Source: Eledone cirrhosa
Lineage: Eukaryota
Length of the DNA: 64,000 nt
Assembly: GCA_964016885.1 (NCBI GenBank)
Contig: OZ024762.1
Coordinates: 7,006,001-7,070,000 of the forward strand
Reading direction: 5' to 3'
The notes beneath the pieces are model-generated. The model saw nothing but the letters and a program-made list of their open reading frames with translations, was not told where the DNA came from and made no database searches. The translations under genes and the position numbers were made by a program. Shown here piece by piece: positions 57,391 through 64,000 of the stretch (position 1 is its first letter; every line of letters begins with the position of its first letter).

Positions 57391-57450
57391 GCTGTTATAC
57401 ATATTTCAATGATAACTTGTTATATAACAGCTACAACCTCATCAGACAGC
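57391..57450 (-). ncRNA. Type I hammerhead ribozyme, family J-like
   Basis: - strand: GCTGT-CTGATGA-stem II (TGTTA/TAACA core)-GAA-ATATGTAT-A-ACAGC. Same stem I as 35474-35547, different stem II. Confidence 0.72.
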
Positions 57451-57621
57451 TATTACGTGAACAAAAAGTTACATGAATAAAATAAGACAAACAAAAATAA
57501 AATGAATAAAAATTACTCATGAAGTTTCGATTCAGTGATATGCCATAACAAATACTGTCAGAACAAATACTGCAGAGCATTCTATCTGATGTCCTATCAA
57601 CTGTGTTAATTAGCTGCCTAT

Positions 57622-57902
57622 AAGTCTTCTTGTATGACATCCTAATTCTTCTTGTATAACATCCTAAGTCTTCTTGTATAACATCCTAATTCTTCTTGTA
57701 CAACATCCTAATTCTTCTTGTATAACATCCTAAGCTTCTTGTATGACATCCTAAGTCTTCTTGTATGACATCCTAAGACTTCTTGTATGACATCCTAAGA
57801 CTTCTTGTACAACATCCTAAGTCTTCTTGTATAACATCCTAAGTCTTCTTGTACAACATCCTAAGTCTTCTTATATAACGTCCAAAGTCTTCTTGTATGA
57901 CA
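57622..57902. repeat. 22-bp minisatellite, ~13 copies
   Basis: ACATCCTAAGTCTTCTTGTAT(A/G). Confidence 0.95.
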
Positions 57903-59053
57903 GACAACACCACACTCAGTTTTAACATTTCAGAAGTCTTCTAACCTTTACATATCAGAATAGGTTATACTACTAACTTTTGTTTATTTATTTTGGCTAA
58001 ATATTGATATAAAACTTTAACAAATTGTAAACAATGTTTTATATTTTGAGTTGGAGGTCATTACTTTTGGGGATTTACTTTCAGATTAGATGGGAGTATT
58101 GTTTTTATTATGGTCTGTAAAATAGCATCCAATGTGTTATTCCATATATATATATATACACATACACACACACAGACATATATATATATATACATACACA
58201 GACATATATATGTGTATATATGGTGAAGGCGTGGGGCTGAGTGGTTAGAGAATTGGATTTGCAATTGTGAGGTTGTGAGTTCGATTCCTGGACCAGGCGA
58301 TGCAAGACACTTTATTTCATGTTGCTCCTTCTACCTGGAGTTGTGACCGATAGATAGTATTAGCAATTGGAAAGTCCAATGGAAACATTGTTTCCTTGGT
58401 CCGATTTGTCGAAGGTCGATCGACTGTTGATATATATATATGTATATATACACACACTATTATACAGACCATTCTGATGACCACACAGAGTAGAGGCTGC
58501 CTTGTTGATATGTGTTATTATCCAGTGGTTCATTGGTGAAGACACTGCATGACCTAAGGGTTAAGAAGTTCCTTGGCTCAACCCCACTGTGTCATCTCAG
58601 GCAAGTGTCATTTACCACAGCCTTGGTTTGAACATTGTTTTTTGAGTAACATTGAGTAGACAGAGACTATCTGAATGCCCATCATATTGTACTGTAGCTT
58701 CAAATTCAAAGGGCCAGCCTTGTCACATTTGGAAGCCCATCAGATGAACTGTACCTTCAAATAATTCAGAAGGCCAGCTTTATCCCTCTGAGTATTATAT
58801 TAGGGGTACATGTGTCTGTGGAATATATGTCATCTCAGACAAATGTCATTTACCATAGACTCGGGTTGACTCTTGACTTTTTAGTAAAATTGGGGAGACA
58901 GTGACTGTTTGGATGCCAATCAGATGAACTATACCTCCAAATTCAAAGGGCCAGACTTATCATATTTTGAAGCCCATCTGATGGACTGAACCAGCAACTT
59001 CAAAGGGCTAGCCTTGTCACACTGTGTCATTCCTTCAAAATTACATTAAGAGT

Positions 59054-59098
<45 letters not shown>

Positions 59099-61786
59099 CT
59101 TATTCTTTATTATTAACACTCATGTATAATTATTTTAATATTGTTTACCTGAATATTTTTAGAGAAGGACCTCAAATTTCCTATAGCTAGGGCCCTAGCA
59201 GGTGAAAGTCCTGCCCTGCCCCTGCTTGGGTAGTCCTTAATCTAATTTTGTGTAGTAAGTTTATATTTTCTGTCAAATACTACATCTGATGCTTACATAT
59301 TAAATCATCATCATGATCATCATCATTGTTTAACGTCTATCTTCCACGCTAGCATGGGTTTAGACGGGAATTGTCCCACTTGAGGCAAGATTGGTCGTCT
59401 CGCTCGTATAGGACTGTCTTAAAAATCATAACACACTCATAATATGTTACAAATAGCCCCCATTATATTATAAATTCTTCTCAGACTCAGAGAATAACAA
59501 ATACTGGGTCATGATACCTGCTTTAGAGATTTGTGTAGTTCTAATATTTCCTTAAAATGAACTTTGATTTATCAACTGGGGCACTTATTGCTGAAATCAA
59601 TAGAGAGAAAAATGTGGAGGTTAGATCTCTCTCTCGCTCTCTCTCTCGCTCTCCCCCTTCCCTCTCTCCCTCTCTCCCCCTCCCTCCCTCTCTCTCTCGT
59701 ACTCTCTCTCACTCCCTCTCTCTCCTTCAAATTTCTCTTAGTTCTCTCTCTTTACCTTCAAATCTCTCTCACTCTCTCTCTCTCCTCACCTTCCAATTCC
59801 TCTCCCTGTCTCCTCACCTTCCAATCTCTATTGCTCCCTCTTTCCTCATCTTCCAATTCCTCTCTCTCTCCCTATCTATCTCTTCCTCCCTCTTTCTCTT
59901 TCCCTCCTTAAAATTTCACTCTCTCCCTATCTCTCACCTTGAAATTCTCTCTCTCCCTATCTCTCACCTTGAAATTCTCTCTCTATCTCTTTCCCTTTAC
60001 CTATAAATCTCTCTTTCTCTCTCCCTCTCTCTCACTCCCTCTCTCTCCTTACCTTCCAATTTCCATAACAACAACAACCACTAACAACCCCGCCCAATAG
60101 TAAAATTCTGTAATGGTGTAGGTGGACATGAAACAAGTGTGTCTTCTTCGGAATTTTATTTAATAAATTTTTATCCCATTCTATTATTTATTTCCATTAC
60201 TGATGTTTTTGCCGCTGATAAAAATAGACGATTGGTTGTTTAGTTTTATAATATAATAATAATAACGATACTGTCTCTGTACTATGAATAAAATCACCTG
60301 TAAAAATCGTTCCAGTTGTAAAGAGTTATAAATATATAATGGGGCCTGCAGTTATGGTTATTATTTTTATACATACATCCGGCATTTTGTCAAGAAGTCG
60401 ATTGGTATAGTTGGCCAAATGGAAAACTGCCAACTCCAATGTTTTTGTTGCTTTCCGAAAGCGGCATATATAGTGTACTGTGGTGGGGTGTGTGCATTGC
60501 TTACCTCTAAGTCGGAGGAGATATTTAGTATATACGATGCTACATTTACGATGTAATAGTGATGTAATTACAATTTTCTCCCCCAACAATTTTACTACAA
60601 CAAACTCTAAATGCGAAGTTTCAAACATTTACCGATAAGCTGTTTCATAGAAAGCATTTGTTTTCCTTGTTTTAATTATTTTATTCTTTATATTAGATGT
60701 ATGATAGTGTTTTGTTTGAAATCTACCACAATATGAATTGGATGGTAAATGTTACAAATATGACAACAACAATCAGTTCTTTATAGGTTCTTATATTTCG
60801 GGATTAAATCCCTTCATCAAAAGATTAATAGAAGAAACTAATTCAGAGCTGTATATATTTTTCTGTCGCTCTTTATCTTCAAATTTGTTTAAATACATGT
60901 TGAGTCATAAGTAACCGGTAAATCCAACATTTATAATTCCGAATGATAATATTTACCAAAATTCTGGAACCTTCTATCATTAAAATACTCAAGAAATCCC
61001 TTATGAGATAGAACTTTGCAAGAAGTCAGCGAAGCCTACATAGGTGTGAGCTGTAAATTTCATTTTACATTTCAAATTCAGTTGAGAATGCAGCTGAGAT
61101 ATCTGTGACATGTTCACAGAGCAAAAAAGAAAAAATTTTTTTCATAATGAAAAAATATTTTCTCTTTGATAGTGAGACTCTCATATGTATATTGTATATA
61201 AACATATAGTATATGCTTTCATATACACCCCTAATATACTGTCATATGTATATTGTGTATAAACATATAGTACAATGGAACCTCAGTTTATGACGAATGG
61301 CCTTCAGGAAAGCATTAATTCTTACCTGAAAGTCATTCATCATCCAAAATGCTTGTAAACTGAAACTATTTTTTCCACATGAAATACAATGAGAGAGAGA
61401 GAGACTGTGTGTGAAAGACAGATATCACCATAGTAACTAACTACACAGCAAGTGATGCTTTCCCACTGATTCTCCAAGCTTGTTGCCAACCATTGTTGCC
61501 AGCTTGTGTATTTGTTACTCAAGACACCGTTAGTCAACCAAGACATCTTATGTTCGGAAACATTTTTCAAACTTGGTGGAGCCCATCTCCCCAGCTCTGA
61601 ATATAGCAGATTTCTTCCAGAGAAGGATAGAGAGAGAGTGAGAGGAAGAGATTTAGAGGAAGAATCAACCCCAGTATTTGACAGGTACAAACACCACAAA
61701 GTATTCTATCTGACGTTCTAACAAACTCTGCCAATTCGCTGCCTTATCCTAAATACAGACTATTGTGTATATAATGTTATATTTAC

Positions 61787-62070
61787 GAGGCACATGGCTT
61801 AGTGGTTAGAGCATTGGCCTTGCAATCGAAAGGTTGTGAGTTCAATTCTCGGACCGGGTGATGTGTTGTTTCCTTGAGCAAGACACTTTATTTCACATTG
61901 CTCCAGTTTACTCAGCTGTAGAAATGAGATGATAGGGACTGGGGTCCATATCATTCCACTGCAAAATGGTCGTGGAGGTGCCACGGCAAAAAAGCACCCA
62001 GCACTCACTGTAAATGAGGTTGGTGTTAGGAAGGGCATCCAGCTGTAGAAATCAAGCCAGAATCAGTTCC
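61787..62070 (+). mobile_element. Second tRNA-derived SINE family followed by RTE 3' UTR-like sequence
   Basis: A box TGGCTTAGTGG, B box GAGTTCAATTC, body CCTTGAGCAAGACACTTTATTTCAC. 61959-62070 matches the RTE UTR. Related copies at 58222-58330 (+) and 54900-55090 (-). Confidence 0.75.
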
Positions 62071-62128
62071 CGCCCCTATAGTTCACGCTATAGTGATATG
62101 ATGTTGTGATGTATATGGTGTTATAATG

Positions 62129-62632
62129 CAGTGGTCGCCAACCTTTCAGACTTCACGGACCACTAAATTCATAATTCTAAATCCCATGGACCACTAATAT
62201 GAATATTTTCAAAAAAATAAATACATTTGTAAAATAATTGTTTCTACTATTGGCACAAGGCCAGCAATGACCCCAGTACATTACTGGTACTTTATTTTAT
62301 CAACCCCGTATTTTATTAAACAATACTGTAGTGTACGTGTGTTATATTGTCGGTAGAGGATACATATGTGTAAAATTATTTCATGGATCTTTCGTCACAA
62401 ATTCTGTGACCTCTTCAGTGACTGGGGATTCTTTTCTTTGTTTTGTGCCTCTCCTTGGTTTCATGGATGTTAGTTCTTTACTGAGGAGAAACATTTTTAA
62501 GGGTGTTATAAAATATATTTTAACCGAATATTATTTTTGTTTTATTATTAATAAAACAAAAATTGCAAATAATGTCTAAATTTGTCTACGGACCATAAAA
62601 TGTTCTCTCGGACCACGAGTTGCCGACTGTTG
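62129..62632. mobile_element. Non-autonomous hAT-like element
   Basis: Left TIR CAGTGGTCGCCAACC, degenerate right TIR, 8-bp flanks TTATAATG/TTATAATA, subterminal GGACCAC repeats; nested SINE fragment at 62235-62310. Confidence 0.65.
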
Positions 62633-63032
62633 TTATAATATATACAATATAATGTATATAGAATTATAGTATATATATATATATATATATAATCACTACC
62701 ATCATTAACATCTCCCCACCACCATCACCACTAGCACCACCACCTCCATCACCACTACCACCATCACCACTACCACCATCACCACTAGCACCACCACCTC
62801 CATCACCACTACCACCATTATCACAACCACCACCACCACCATCACCACTACCACCATCACCACTACCACCACCACCATCATCACCATCCCCATTATCACA
62901 ACCACCACCACCATCACCACAACCACCACCACCACCACCACCACCACCACCAGTTGATGATTTTGGAACTAAGCCTGTTGTTAAACACATGCCATGCCAT
63001 TGCCATTTTCTGGGCGAGAAATACTTGCATTG

Positions 63033-63107
<75 letters not shown>

Positions 63108-63150
63108 GTATGTATATATATATATATATATGTATATATATGTATGTATG

Positions 63151-63181
<31 letters not shown>

Positions 63182-63228
63182 ATATGTATGTATATGTATA
63201 TATATTTATATATATATATATATGTATG

Positions 63229-63261
<33 letters not shown>

Positions 63262-63699
63262 GTATGTATGTATGTATGTATATATATATATATATATTTA
63301 TATATATGTATGTATGTGTATGTATGTATGTATATATGTATGTATATATATGTATGTATGTGTATGTATGTATGTATGTATGTATATGTATGTATGTATG
63401 TATGTGTATGTATGTATGTATGTATATATGTATGTATATATATATATATATTTATATATATGTATGTATGTGTATGTATATATGTATGTATGTATATATA
63501 TATGTATGTATGTATGTATGTGTAGGTATGTATGTATATGTATGTATGTATGTGTAGGTATGTATGTATATGTATGTATGTATATATATATATATATTTA
63601 TATGTATGTATATATGTATGTATATATATGTATGTATGTATATATGTATGTATGTATATATATATATATATATAATATATATTTATATGTGTGTGTGTT

Positions 63700-63733
<34 letters not shown>

Positions 63734-63865
63734 CACCCTGCCTTTTTTATGTTTACACTATTTTCTACAAATCTACTCAGTAAAATTTCATTTAAAGATT
63801 TCATTTTCTTTTTCCTTTATATTTTATATTTGCTGAAAAATTATATTTATCTTAGAAAACAATAA

Positions 63866-63933
63866 TCTAAATTTTTCTTTTTCTTTTTTATCTAGGTAAG
63901 TGGAAAAGTGTTATATTTGCGCTGTGGGTAAGC
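63866..63933 (+). other. Splice acceptor directly fused to a donor consensus (AG|GTAAGT), with a second donor 32 nt downstream
   Basis: CTAAA, a ~20-nt pyrimidine tract, TCTAG|GTAAGT at 63895/63896, and TGG|GTAAGC at 63927/63928. Confidence 0.4.
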
Positions 63934-64000
63934 CCAGAATTGGAATTTCTTTTCTACTCTCTTATAAATTCAGTTTGTAGACATGTTGCTTATTGGTTAA

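Noticed and set aside
58222-58300. tRNA gene-like sequences with A and B boxes
   Set aside because: There is no complete cloverleaf, and they continue into multi-copy SINE bodies.

Overview
AT-rich, repeat-saturated eukaryotic non-coding DNA, probably intronic or intergenic. The SINE families and microsatellite load suggest an octopus or other coleoid genome (inference). I can support no intact host gene; nearly all long ORFs are microsatellite translations. The window holds dozens of tRNA-derived SINE copies, 3' remnants of RTE, CRE-like and L1/Tx1-like LINEs, four TIR DNA-transposon derivatives and many mini/microsatellites. The main signal is about 20 loci, from at least 10 sequence families, carrying type I hammerhead ribozyme (HHR) motifs (CUGANGA...GAAA...NUH) with covarying stems and often palindromic stem III. 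Most sit in (TA)n tracts, many as fold-back inverted repeats, and one is linked to a Penelope-type GIY-YIG endonuclease C-terminus. Seven families also share a covarying bulged hairpin (ACUC...UU-GAGU) downstream of the ribozyme, and the short inverted arm repeatedly ends about 4-12 nt before it. All folds were worked out by eye and none has been tested.
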